A DNA stretch of 64,000 nucleotides from the NCBI GenBank assembly GCA_900314445.1, contig OMVA01000103.1:257-64256 (forward strand), given 5' to 3'. Positions 37,944 to 47,602 of the stretch are shown piece by piece. The first letter of the stretch is position 1, and each line of letters begins with the position of its first letter. The notes under the pieces were generated by a model. That model saw nothing but the letters and a program-made list of their open reading frames with translations. It ran no database searches and was not told where the DNA came from. Origin of the DNA: an uncultured Lachnospiraceae bacterium (GTDB lineage: Bacteria > Bacillota > Clostridia > Lachnospirales > Lachnospiraceae). A program made the position numbers and the translations under genes.

Positions 37944-37968
37944 TGCCGCAAGGAAGCCCCTTGCGGCA
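37944..37968. other. GC-rich hairpin without T-tract
   Basis: TGCCGCAAGG-aagcc-CCTTGCGGCA. Confidence 0.6.
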
Positions 37969-37989
37969 TCGTAATGTAAAGAGAATTAT

Positions 37990-39870
37990 ATGAGTATTAT
38001 TAACGTAGAAAATGTAAGTAAAAAATTCGGCGAGAAAGTAATTCTGCAGGATGTTTCCTTTGGAATGGAGGCTGGGGAGAAGATCGGTGTTATTGGTATT
38101 AATGGTACTGGTAAATCCACTTTACTTAAAATCATTGCTGGTCAGGAAGAAACAGATCAGGGTAATGTGATTCGCCGTAACAATCTTAAGGTAGCGGTAC
38201 TTCCACAGGTGCCGGAATTCCCAAAGGGGAAGACGCTTCTTTCCTGTATTACAGACTCCATTGAGGATATGGCGTATGGCTGGAATATGGAGGCTAGAGC
38301 CAGAGAAATGCTAACAGCTCTGGAACTTCCGGATGTGGAAACAGCAGAACATTTGTCTGGTGGAGAATTAAAGAAGCTGGCTTTGATTCAGACTTTGATT
38401 CAACCTTCGGATATTTTGATTCTGGATGAGCCTACCAATCATCTGGATCTTTCCATGGTTGCCTGGTTGGAGAAAGAACTTCTTCGCTATAAGGGCGCCA
38501 TCTTACTGGTTACCCATGACCGATATTTCCTGGACCGAATTACAGATCGAATTCTGGAAATTGATCACGGTAGTGTCTATTCTTATCTTTCTAACTATTC
38601 AGGATTTTTGCTGGCCAAAGAAGCTCGTATTGAAGCTTCCATTCTGGCAGAGCATAAGAGACAGCAATTCATTCGTACCGAGCTGGAGTGGGTAAGACGC
38701 GGTGCCCAGGCACGTACTACAAAACAGAAAGCCCGTCTCCAGAGATTTGAAGAAATTTCTTCCATGACAAGGCTGGATATTAATCAGGACGGCAAGGTGG
38801 AAATGCAGTCCATTGCCTCAAGGTTGGGAAATAAAACCGTTGAAATTTCTGGTGTCAGCAAGGGTTTTGAAAATCGTTCCTTAATTTCAAACTTTACTTT
38901 TACGGCTCTCAGAAATGACCGAATCGGAATTGTGGGTCCGAATGGTTGTGGAAAATCCACACTGTTGAAGTTGATTGCGGGAGTGGAGCGGCCTGACACT
39001 GGTAGCATTCAGCTGGGTGAAACTGTAAAAGTGGGTTATCTCACTCAGAATATGGATGATATCAATTCTCAGAAACCGGACACCAGGGTTATTGATTATG
39101 TCAGAGATGTGGCAGAATATATCAATACGCCGGATGGTAAAGTAACCGCAGCGAAAATGCTGGAGCGATTCCTCTTTGAAGGACCTCAGCAGTACACACC
39201 TTTGGAAAAACTTTCCGGTGGAGAAAAGAGAAGACTGAGACTTCTGCGTGTGCTTATGGAGGCGCCAAATGTACTGCTCCTGGATGAGCCTACCAATGAT
39301 CTGGATATTGCAACCCTTGCAGTCTTTGAAGATTTCATTTCTCACTTTGACGGCATTGTGATTGCAGTCAGCCATGATCGATATTTCCTGGATAATATTG
39401 CAGATCGTATTTTGGCTTTTGAAGCTGGAGGAAATCTGGTTTTCTATCCAGGCAATTACACAGACTATGCCAAGAGAGTGGGTAAGGACCCTTCTGGTAT
39501 GCTTCAGACAAGTTCTGGCAGTGCTGGCAAAGTGGCAGGGGATATAGCGTCAGGTGATAAAACGGATGGAGCTGCTGCAGATGATCGAAAGGCTGCTAAG
39601 AATGATGGCAGACGCCATGACGACAAACCTCGTTTCTCATATCAGGAAAAGAGAGAGTATGAGACCATAGAGGCAGATATTGAAGCTTTGGAATTAAAGA
39701 ATGAAGAGTTAGATCAGAGCATTGCAGCCAATGCTTCAGACTTCGCCAAACTCAGTGCCCTTTCTGCAGAAAAGGAAAAAGTCGAGACAGAGCTTATGGA
39801 AAAGATGGAAAGATGGGAATATCTTTCCAATCTTGCAGAAAGAATAGATAGCTATAATCAGAACAAGTAA
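37990..39870 (+). CDS. ABC-F family ATPase (Uup/YfmR-like)
   Basis: Two ABC domains (GINGTGKST/LSGG/DEPTNHLD and GPNGCGKST/LSGGE/DEPTNDLD), RRGAQARTTKQKAR linker, C-terminal coiled coil, no TM. Confidence 0.94.
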   Translation: MSIINVENVSKKFGEKVILQDVSFGMEAGEKIGVIGINGTGKSTLLKIIAGQEETDQGNVIRRNNLKVAVLPQVPEFPKGKTLLSCITDSIEDMAYGWNMEARAREMLTALELPDVETAEHLSGGELKKLALIQTLIQPSDILILDEPTNHLDLSMVAWLEKELLRYKGAILLVTHDRYFLDRITDRILEIDHGSVYSYLSNYSGFLLAKEARIEASILAEHKRQQFIRTELEWVRRGAQARTTKQKARLQRFEEISSMTRLDINQDGKVEMQSIASRLGNKTVEISGVSKGFENRSLISNFTFTALRNDRIGIVGPNGCGKSTLLKLIAGVERPDTGSIQLGETVKVGYLTQNMDDINSQKPDTRVIDYVRDVAEYINTPDGKVTAAKMLERFLFEGPQQYTPLEKLSGGEKRRLRLLRVLMEAPNVLLLDEPTNDLDIATLAVFEDFISHFDGIVIAVSHDRYFLDNIADRILAFEAGGNLVFYPGNYTDYAKRVGKDPSGMLQTSSGSAGKVAGDIASGDKTDGAAADDRKAAKNDGRRHDDKPRFSYQEKREYETIEADIEALELKNEELDQSIAANASDFAKLSALSAEKEKVETELMEKMERWEYLSNLAERIDSYNQNK

Positions 39871-39903
39871 ACCTACGCAAGAGTGCGTATAGGAAAGAAG
39901 CCA

Positions 39904-39920
39904 GGCAAATCTCATTTGCC
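39904..39920. repeat. Intergenic palindromic repeat family, short variant B
   Basis: GGCAAAT-CTC-ATTTGCC. Confidence 0.7.
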
Positions 39921-39976
39921 GAATAAAAGAAAAATGGAAGGCAGGGGCGCGGGAGATTTAGCGTCAATTAAAATAT

Positions 39977-42157
39977 ATGGATATCACGAAAGTAATAACA
40001 GAAGAACTTGGAGTTGGATTCAAACAGGTAGAGGCAGCGATTCAGCTGTTGGATGAGGGATGTACAGTTCCTTTTATTGCCCGTTATCGTAAGGAGAAGA
40101 CTGGTGGTCTGCTGGACGTTCAGTTAAGACAGCTGGAAACTCGTCTTGCATCTCTTCGTAATCTGGAGGAGAAGAAGGCGTCTGTTCTTAAGAATATTGA
40201 AGAGCAGGGCAAGCTTACAGAGGAACTGAAGAAGGAAATTGAAGAAGCCATGACTATGGTGGCTTTGGAAGATATTTATCGTCCTTACAAGCAGAAGAGA
40301 AGAACCAGAGCAACTATCGCCAAAGAAGCAGGTCTGGAACCACTTGCCCTTCTGATTCAGTTACAGAAACTGACAAAACCATTGGCAGAAGTTGCCAGGG
40401 AATATATTAATGAGGAAGCAAAGATTAATACGCCAGAGGATGCTCTGGCTGGTGCTTCCGATATCCTGGCTGAAACAATTTCGGATTCTGCAGATTACAG
40501 AACATGGATTCGTGAGAAGACCATGGAAAAGGGTAATATTGCTTCGGAAGCAAAGGATGAAAAGGCAGAGTCTGTATACGAGAACTATTACAAGTTCGTA
40601 TCTCCAATTAAAAAGCTGAATGGTTATCAGGTTCTGGCTTTAAATCGTGGCGAAAAGGAAAAGATTCTTACAGTTAAGATTGAGGCACCAGAAGAGGATG
40701 TTCTTAAGTATCTTGCTCGTAAGACAATTGATAAGGATACAGAAGGTGAACTTCGTGAATTCCTGAAGAGTGTAGCGGCAGATGCCTATGCGCGTCTGAT
40801 TGCTCCTTCTATTGAAAATGAAATTCGTAACCAGCTCTTTGAAGATGCAGAAGATGCAGCAATTTCTGTATTTGGTAAGAACTTAAAGCAGCTTCTTATG
40901 CAGCCGCCAATTGCTGGTCAGACAGTACTGGGCTGGGATCCAGCCTTCCGTACAGGATGTAAGTGTGCGGTGGTTGATCCAACAGGTAAAGTTCTGGATA
41001 CTGTGGTTGTATATCCAACTGCTCCAACGACACCGGCAAAGATCGCTGATGCAAAAGCGAAAATCAAGGCTATGATTAAGAAGTATCATGTCACACTTAT
41101 TTCCTGTGGTAATGGTACAGCTTCTCGTGAGTCTGAAAAAATCATTGCTGAAATTATTCAGGAAATTCCAGAAGAGAAGGTTTCATATGTTATTACAAAT
41201 GAAGCGGGTGCTTCTGTATATTCAGCCAGCGAACTGGGCTCTGAAGAGTTCCCTAACTTCGATGTCGGACAGCGTTCTGCCACATCTATTGCAAGACGTG
41301 TTCAGGATCCACTGGCAGAACTTGTAAAGATTGATCCAAAGTCCATTGGTGTCGGTCAGTACCAGCATGATATGAATCAGAAGAAACTTTCTGAACAGTT
41401 AAAGAATGTAGTAGAAGACTGTGTAAACTCAGTTGGTATCGATTTAAACACAGCCTCCTTTGCACTGCTCCAGTATATATCTGGTATTTCAAAAGTAGTT
41501 GCCAAGAATATTGTAACTTACAGAGAAGAAAATGGTGAGTTCAAGACTCGTCGTGAACTTCTCAAGGTTGCCAAGCTTGGACCAAAGGCCTTTGAACAGT
41601 GTGCAGGTTTTCTTCGTATTCGTAATGGTAAGAATCCTCTGGATAATACAGCGGTTCATCCAGAATCCTATGCAGCTGCAGAAGAACTTCTCAAGGAACT
41701 TTCTGTGGCGGATCAGATGAAGAAGGGAGATACACTCTCCGTGAAGGCTGCTCTGGAAACTGTTTCAACAAAGGATCTCAAGGCTTTTGCTGAGAAGCAG
41801 GAAATTGGTCTGCCAACTCTTCAGGATATGGTTGAAGAATTAAAGAAGCCAGGTCGTGATCCTCGTCAGGATATGCCGCGCCCAATTCTTCGTCAGGATG
41901 TTATGCAGTTATCTGACCTGTCTGTAGGAATGGTTCTGAAGGGAACTGTTCGAAATGTTATTGATTTCGGTGCCTTTGTAGATATCGGTGTCCACCAGGA
42001 TGGTCTGGTTCACATTTCCCAGATGGCAAAGAATCGTTTCGTAAAGCACCCGCTGGATGTGGTCGGCGTTGGTGATATTGTGGATGTTAAGGTAATCAGC
42101 ATTGACGAAAAGAAGGGCAGAATTGGCCTTTCTATGATTTTAGAAAATAATAAATAA
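39977..42157 (+). CDS. tex: Tex-family RNA-binding transcription accessory protein
   Basis: TVPFIARYRKE, LGWDPAFRTGCK, NEAGASVYSAS, IGVGQYQHD, C-terminal S1 domain (FGAFVDIGVHQDGLVHIS). Confidence 0.96.
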   Translation: MDITKVITEELGVGFKQVEAAIQLLDEGCTVPFIARYRKEKTGGLLDVQLRQLETRLASLRNLEEKKASVLKNIEEQGKLTEELKKEIEEAMTMVALEDIYRPYKQKRRTRATIAKEAGLEPLALLIQLQKLTKPLAEVAREYINEEAKINTPEDALAGASDILAETISDSADYRTWIREKTMEKGNIASEAKDEKAESVYENYYKFVSPIKKLNGYQVLALNRGEKEKILTVKIEAPEEDVLKYLARKTIDKDTEGELREFLKSVAADAYARLIAPSIENEIRNQLFEDAEDAAISVFGKNLKQLLMQPPIAGQTVLGWDPAFRTGCKCAVVDPTGKVLDTVVVYPTAPTTPAKIADAKAKIKAMIKKYHVTLISCGNGTASRESEKIIAEIIQEIPEEKVSYVITNEAGASVYSASELGSEEFPNFDVGQRSATSIARRVQDPLAELVKIDPKSIGVGQYQHDMNQKKLSEQLKNVVEDCVNSVGIDLNTASFALLQYISGISKVVAKNIVTYREENGEFKTRRELLKVAKLGPKAFEQCAGFLRIRNGKNPLDNTAVHPESYAAAEELLKELSVADQMKKGDTLSVKAALETVSTKDLKAFAEKQEIGLPTLQDMVEELKKPGRDPRQDMPRPILRQDVMQLSDLSVGMVLKGTVRNVIDFGAFVDIGVHQDGLVHISQMAKNRFVKHPLDVVGVGDIVDVKVISIDEKKGRIGLSMILENNK

Positions 42158-42221
42158 GTATATTCATAAAAGAATGAATAAGAGTATTTATTAACATAAA
42201 ATTTGAAGCAAGTCCCTTTAC

Positions 42222-42249
42222 GCAAATCCCATTTGCAAATGGACTTTGC
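42222..42249. repeat. Intergenic palindromic repeat family, composite copy
   Basis: GCAAATCCCATTTGCAAATGGACTTTGC inside the larger inverted repeat AAGCAAGTCC...GGACTTTGCTT. Confidence 0.85.
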
Positions 42250-42269
42250 TTGTTTAATGGGGTGTTGTT

Positions 42270-42614
42270 ATGCATGAAATGAGTACAGTCATTCGTCTTG
42301 TGAATATGGCCTCAAGTGTGGCAGTGGAAAACAATGCTACAAGTGTGAAGAAGATAAAGGTGGCTATCGGCGAGATGACAGGGGTTCTGCCGGAGTATGT
42401 GAGAAAGTATTATCCTGAGGCGGTAAAGGGAACTATGCTGGAGGGTTCGGAACTTGAGATTGAAGAGGTTCCTTTGCTGGGAGAATGCCAGGAATGCCAG
42501 GAAAAATTTCGGCCGGATAAATCCAATGACTATGCCTGTCCTAAGTGTCATAGTTCGAATTGTAAAATTCTACAGGGTAGAAAAACGGAACTTGTGTCCA
42601 TTGCCTTTGAGTAG
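42270..42614 (+). CDS. hypA: Hydrogenase/urease nickel metallochaperone HypA/HybF
   Basis: MHEMS N-terminus, GEMTGV, two CxxC (CQEC, CPKC), GRKTEL. Confidence 0.9.
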   Translation: MHEMSTVIRLVNMASSVAVENNATSVKKIKVAIGEMTGVLPEYVRKYYPEAVKGTMLEGSELEIEEVPLLGECQECQEKFRPDKSNDYACPKCHSSNCKILQGRKTELVSIAFE

Positions 42615-42926
42615 AAAAATAACAAAATTATTCATTTGTCAAATTTGAAAATTTACGAATGACTTCCAAAATTTCTGCGAAATGCACGAAATTTCTTAAA
42701 AAAGTTTGGTGATATTTCTAGAAAGAAGCCAGAAATTTGATAAAAATATTATTTTTCAAATAGGGAGATTTATAAATACTTACAAATAATTTTTGTTAAT
42801 AATCGTTAATATGTACAAAGTGACGAAATGCTAAAAATATAAGAAATTTGACATTGTGCATTTTATAGTGTTCGGCTTGCAAAAATAAGTCAAAATCCGA
42901 AAAAAGGGAGAAATCTCCCGTGATTA

Positions 42927-42955
42927 TTGAAAAAGCTATACGAAATGGCTACAAT
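42927..42955 (+). promoter_or_regulatory. Sigma-A promoter candidate
   Basis: TTGAAA-N17-TACAAT upstream of the Lys/Ala-rich gene. Confidence 0.5.
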
Positions 42956-43023
42956 GTTCAGCAGTGAAGGGCTTGTGAATTAGGGCTACGAAAAAAGTTG
43001 ATCAAAATATGGAGGAAACAAAA

Positions 43024-43521
43024 ATGACAACTAAGAAGGCATCTGTTAAGGATCTTGCAGCAAAGGCTGCAGCAGCTAAGAAGGCAAACGAGAAGAAGGC
43101 TGAAGAAGTTAAGGTAGCTACACCAGCAGTTAAGGCTGAAGCTCCAAAGAAGGAAGCAGTTAAGAAGGCAAACGAGAAGAAGGTAGCAGCTCCAAAGAAA
43201 GAAGCAGCAAAAAAGGTAGCTCCTGCTAAGAAGGAAGCTCCAAAGGCAGCTGAAAAGAAAGTAGCAGCTCCTAAGAAGGCAGTAGCTCCTAAGAAGGAAG
43301 CAGCTAAGAAGGCAGCAGCTCCAAAGAAGGCAGCAGCAAAGCAGACTGTAACTGTAACCGTTCAGTACCAGGGATTCGATGTAACAACTGAAGAAGTAGT
43401 TGCTAAGGTTCTTGAAGTAGCTGGCAAGAAGAGCGCTAAGGAAGTAAATGTTTACTACCAGCCAGAAACAAGAGTTGCTTACTACACAATCGATGGTGAG
43501 AGTGGAGAAGTAAATCTGTAA
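43024..43521 (+). CDS. Lys/Ala/Pro-rich histone-H1-like protein with small C-terminal domain (DUF6465-like)
   Basis: Repeated APKKEAAKK/KANEKK units; C-terminal QYQG...VYYQPE...AYY domain; ATG 43024 follows GGAGG. Confidence 0.8.
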   Translation: MTTKKASVKDLAAKAAAAKKANEKKAEEVKVATPAVKAEAPKKEAVKKANEKKVAAPKKEAAKKVAPAKKEAPKAAEKKVAAPKKAVAPKKEAAKKAAAPKKAAAKQTVTVTVQYQGFDVTTEEVVAKVLEVAGKKSAKEVNVYYQPETRVAYYTIDGESGEVNL

Positions 43522-43543
43522 ATTCTTCTTTTGAATATAAGGA

Positions 43544-43573
43544 AAGCCGGAAGCTAATTCTTCCGGCTTTTTT
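43544..43573 (+). terminator. Intrinsic terminator
   Basis: AAGCCGGAAG-ctaatt-CTTCCGGCTT + TTTT. Confidence 0.88.
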
Positions 43574-43596
43574 GCTTCACATTCATAAGTGAAATA

Positions 43597-43635
43597 ATAA
43601 ACCCGAGCGCAGGGATACTTGCACTCGGTTTTTTA
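43597..43635 (-). terminator. Probable terminator for clpX (bidirectional hairpin)
   Basis: AAAACCCGAG...CTCGGTTTTTT, A-run and T-run flanks. Confidence 0.55.
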
Positions 43636-43668
43636 CGTTTGACTTAATTTGAAAAATAAATTTTAAAC

Positions 43669-45156
43669 TTACTCCTGACCTCGAAGGGAAATCTTTGGGG
43701 ATCCCTTACCACGTACGTAGTCCTCGGTGATGGTAACCATTCCAATGGTGTCATCCTTAGGGATTTCATACATGATATCCAGCATAAATTTCTCGATGAT
43801 GGAACGGAGAGATCTTGCACCGGTTTTTCTCTTAGCTGCAAATTCTGCAATGGCATTATAAGCGCCATCTTCAAATACGAGTTTTACTTCATCCAAACGC
43901 AGTAACTTCTGGTACTGTTTGATGATGGAGTTTCTTGGTTCTGTAAGAATACGTTTATACATATTTGTATCCAGCTCATCCAGAGTGAAGATGACAGGAA
44001 GTCTGCCGATGAACTCAGGAATCATACCGAATTCTCGAATGTCTTCTGGTGCAACCTTTGAAAGAAGATGAGGGTCTGCATCCAGATCAGAACGAAGAAC
44101 AGAACCGAATCCCATGGATGTCTGATCAGAAAGTCTGGTCTTAATGATTTCTTCCAGAGCAGAGAATGCGCCGCCACAGATAAAGAGGATATCAGTGGTA
44201 TCCATCATTGTGGTTGGTGTCATGGCATTCTTGCTGCCGGTTCCGATAGGAACTTCAATCTTAGCCCCTTCTAACAGTTTCAAAAGACCCTGCTGAACAG
44301 CTTCACCGCTGACATCTCGAGAACGTGTTTCCTGTTTCTTGGCAATCTTATCAATTTCATCGATGAAGACAATTCCGTGTTCTGCTTTTTCTACATCGTT
44401 ATCTGCAGCAGCAAGTAACTTGGAAAGAACGCTTTCAACGTCATCGCCGATGTAGCCGGCTTCTGTAAGAGAAGTAGCGTCGGTGATGGCCAGTGGAACA
44501 TTGAGAATCTTTGCAATGGTCTTAACCATATATGTCTTACCAGAACCTGTTGGCCCAATCATAAGCATATTGGATTTCTCAATCTGTACCATGTCCAGTT
44601 CGTCGTTTTCATTCTTGTTTTCTGTTTCTTCAGAAAGAACTCTCTTGTAGTGGTTATATACAGCAACGGACATAACTTTCTTTGCGTAGTCCTGGCCTAC
44701 AACATCCTTATCCAGTTCTGCCTTAATTTCGTGAGGAGATGGGATGGTTTCCAGGGTGAGCTTTGGCTCTTCCTTTTCTTCCTCAGAAGAAGCTTCTGCC
44801 TTTTTAGGACTTCTTTTCTTAACACGCTGGTTATTTGGAATGTTCATATTCGGGAACATATTTCCCAGGTCCATACCAGAACCGAAAGGTGAATCAGAGT
44901 TAGGACCTAAATTTGGCATGCTGGTAAGATCGATGAAAGGCATATTGTTTATGGAGTTAAAAGCCTTCTGTAAACAGTCGGAGCAAATGCTTATACCATT
45001 GGATAACTGCAAAAGCTTACCTGCGACAGACTCAGGGCGTCTGCACATGTAACAATAGTTTTCATATTCATCGTCATCATTATTCTTATCATTATCTTTT
45101 TTGGATGTGTCGAATTCATCTGACTCGAACTCATCCGGATTCTTAAAATCGTCCAT
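43669..45156 (-). CDS. clpX: ATP-dependent Clp protease ATPase subunit ClpX with acidic N-extension
   Basis: C4 zinc finger (CYMC...CSDC), GPTGSGKT, DEIDKI, RDVSGEAVQQ, MGF loop, PEFIGRLP, TGARSLR; start 45156 follows GGAGA. Confidence 0.93.
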   Translation of the reverse strand: MDDFKNPDEFESDEFDTSKKDNDKNNDDDEYENYCYMCRRPESVAGKLLQLSNGISICSDCLQKAFNSINNMPFIDLTSMPNLGPNSDSPFGSGMDLGNMFPNMNIPNNQRVKKRSPKKAEASSEEEKEEPKLTLETIPSPHEIKAELDKDVVGQDYAKKVMSVAVYNHYKRVLSEETENKNENDELDMVQIEKSNMLMIGPTGSGKTYMVKTIAKILNVPLAITDATSLTEAGYIGDDVESVLSKLLAAADNDVEKAEHGIVFIDEIDKIAKKQETRSRDVSGEAVQQGLLKLLEGAKIEVPIGTGSKNAMTPTTMMDTTDILFICGGAFSALEEIIKTRLSDQTSMGFGSVLRSDLDADPHLLSKVAPEDIREFGMIPEFIGRLPVIFTLDELDTNMYKRILTEPRNSIIKQYQKLLRLDEVKLVFEDGAYNAIAEFAAKRKTGARSLRSIIEKFMLDIMYEIPKDDTIGMVTITEDYVRGKGSPKISLRGQE

Positions 45157-45364
45157 GTAGTCTCCAATCATTGGGTAATAAAATTAGTAGTAATAAGTAT
45201 AACAAAGTAAACTTGACAGGTAAAGAATTCTGCTTAGCCGTTCTTATGGCTTGTTTTACTATCTTAAGAATATATCAAAGTTCACTTAAAATAATTAAAG
45301 AATTTATTGAAAGTGCTTTTTTATAGTGATACGATACATCTATATTGAAAACGAGGTATTGCTT

Positions 45365-45703
45365 ATGAAAAAGCTTGAAATAATTATCAAGCCTGAAAAG
45401 CTTGAGAGGGTTAAGAAAATTTTAGACGAGAATGGTGCCACAGGTGCTATGATTTCCAATATTATGGGTTATGGTAATCAGAAGGGCTATCAGACTACCT
45501 ATCGTGGAAGTCAGATGATGATTAATCTGCTTCCTAAAATCAAAATTGAAACCGTAATGACGGACCAGGCTACTGAAAATCTGATATCTGCTTTGGAAGA
45601 ATATCTTTCATCGGATAAGGTAGGTGCAGGTAAGATTTTCTTATATGATGTAGCGGATGCTGTACGTCTTCGTACTGGAGAACGGGGAGAGCAGGCTTTA
45701 TAG
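45365..45703 (+). CDS. glnB: P-II family nitrogen regulator
   Basis: MKKLEIIIKPEK, GYGNQKG T-loop with YRG, PKIKIE, GAGKIF, VRLRTGERG. Confidence 0.93.
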   Translation: MKKLEIIIKPEKLERVKKILDENGATGAMISNIMGYGNQKGYQTTYRGSQMMINLLPKIKIETVMTDQATENLISALEEYLSSDKVGAGKIFLYDVADAVRLRTGERGEQAL

Positions 45704-45790
45704 AGAGCAGGCTTAGTAAAGAGTGAGTTTCAAAGTGAACAGGCTTTAAAGCAATTAAGTGGAATGGCTTCTTTCCTAGAGGGGGACACT

Positions 45791-46165
45791 ATGAAGCATA
45801 GAATTCAGGAATATTTAAAGTATATAGATGGAATACTCCAGGAGAATAAAAATGGTCAGGAGAAGGATGCTGGCTATTGGGATCAGGAGATTGTAAAACA
45901 TTTGGAGCAGATTCGCTTCTTTCAACATGAGAGGTTAGTGCATCTGATTGTTTTTAGTCTTGTGGCCGTTTGTACTGTAATGAGTATTCTTTTTTATGTG
46001 GCATACGAAAAAATAATACTTTTGCCACTTATTCTTATGCTCTTTGTTTTACTTGTTCCATATTGTATGCATTACTATCTTTTGGAAAATAGTGTTCAAA
46101 AAATGTATGACCAATATGATCAGATGCAGGCAAAGAAGAAAGAATATTTCCAGGTAAAAAAATAA
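45791..46165 (+). CDS. Hypothetical two-TM membrane protein
   Basis: FFQHERLVHLIV then two TMs, HYYLLENSVQKMY; RBS GAGGGG. Confidence 0.75.
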   Translation: MKHRIQEYLKYIDGILQENKNGQEKDAGYWDQEIVKHLEQIRFFQHERLVHLIVFSLVAVCTVMSILFYVAYEKIILLPLILMLFVLLVPYCMHYYLLENSVQKMYDQYDQMQAKKKEYFQVKK

Positions 46166-46328
46166 AAAATTTTTAAGGGCAAATATTTCGTATGGAATGG
46201 CGCTGAAATCGACAGGTTTGGTAAATGAATTCTTAAAAATATCAATATTCTGTCATTTCAGGCAAAATTCAATTGTTTTAAAAGTATTACGAGTCCTTGA
46301 CAATGTTCTCGAAAACGCCGTAAAATAA

Positions 46329-46364
46329 AAGGTGCGTCCGAAAAACGGATGCACCTTATTTCTT
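46329..46364 (+). terminator. Terminator-like hairpin
   Basis: AAGGTGCGTCCG-aaaaa-CGGATGCACCTT + ATTTCTT. Confidence 0.6.
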
Positions 46365-46449
46365 TACATATCATATTTTGTAGGACAGATTATTTATACC
46401 ACAAGATATAGTTCCTGTAAAGGAAAAATGACGGAAAAGAGATGATAAA

Positions 46450-47532
46450 ATGAAAAAGACTTCAAGACGGACTAAAAATTCAATATTAATTTTAGCGATA
46501 ATTATGACAATTTTACCTTTGATTTTATTCGGCATATTTGTGTACAAGATAAATCAGGTGAATCAAAAAACAGAGGATTACTTAAATAAAAATAAGGTGA
46601 CAGACACCTGTTACAGTGCAGATGAATCAGGAGAATCCTTGCAAGATTTATATGCAATGGCAAGTGGAACTGATTATGAAGCAGATAGAGCAAGTGAAGC
46701 GGATCAAAAGTTAGAAAAAGATACTACTTCAACTTCCCATCTTTCCAGTTCAGAAGTAACACCAACGGATGCCAGTGCTACAGATGCAGCTGAGATGCAG
46801 GCAGAGGCAGAAGAGGGTGATGTGGAATACAATGGTAAGACAGTTTACCTGACATTTGACGATGGTCCATCCATCTATACAGACCAGATCCTTGATATTC
46901 TGAAAGAGAAGAATGTAAAGGCAACTTTCTTCCTGGTGGCTAAGGATTATACCTATAGTGAAGAGATGAATCGAATTGTTAATGAAGGACATACCATTGC
47001 AATGCATTCTTCTTCCCATGACTATAGTGTGATTTATAAAAATCTCAGTTCCTTTAAGAGAGATGTAAAAAGTGTTCATGACATTATCTACGATGTAACA
47101 GGAGTTGATGCATGGGCTTATCGATTCCCAGGTGGTTCATCCAATACGGTTTCTCAGGTTCCAATTGATGACTGTGTAAAGTATCTGGATTCCCAGGGAT
47201 ATGTATATTTTGACTGGAATGCATTAAATGATGATGCAACTTCTGTTTATTACACACCAGAAGAATTGAATCAGATTGTTATGACTTACGTGAATAATAA
47301 CCCTGGCGATTCCATGGTTCTTCTTCATGATCTGGAGACACATGAGTCTACAGTAAAAGCTTTACCGGATCTGATTGATCAGTTAAAGGAAGAAGGATAT
47401 CGCATCCAACCTATTACAAAGGATACGCCAACCTTCCAGCATTACGTTCCGGAAGAGAATACAGAAGATGAGAAAGATAATACAAACAAAGATTCAACTT
47501 CCATTATGGCGGAAAATACAAGTGGAAATTAA
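46450..47532 (+). CDS. Polysaccharide deacetylase (CE4/NodB), membrane anchored
   Basis: N-terminal TM, acidic linker, TFDDGPS, HSSSH, RFPGG, FDWN, LLHD. Confidence 0.92.
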   Translation: MKKTSRRTKNSILILAIIMTILPLILFGIFVYKINQVNQKTEDYLNKNKVTDTCYSADESGESLQDLYAMASGTDYEADRASEADQKLEKDTTSTSHLSSSEVTPTDASATDAAEMQAEAEEGDVEYNGKTVYLTFDDGPSIYTDQILDILKEKNVKATFFLVAKDYTYSEEMNRIVNEGHTIAMHSSSHDYSVIYKNLSSFKRDVKSVHDIIYDVTGVDAWAYRFPGGSSNTVSQVPIDDCVKYLDSQGYVYFDWNALNDDATSVYYTPEELNQIVMTYVNNNPGDSMVLLHDLETHESTVKALPDLIDQLKEEGYRIQPITKDTPTFQHYVPEENTEDEKDNTNKDSTSIMAENTSGN

Positions 47533-47602
47533 GGCCTGTATCTTTTAAGAAAAGGCCATGTGTGTTATATTTGTAGCGATTCTGAGTGAAGGGGCGGTAA
47601 GT

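Noticed and set aside
46177-46212. GGGCAAA c-di-GMP-I riboswitch look-alike
   Set aside because: No GNRA-capped P2 or GACGCAAA/P3 continuation
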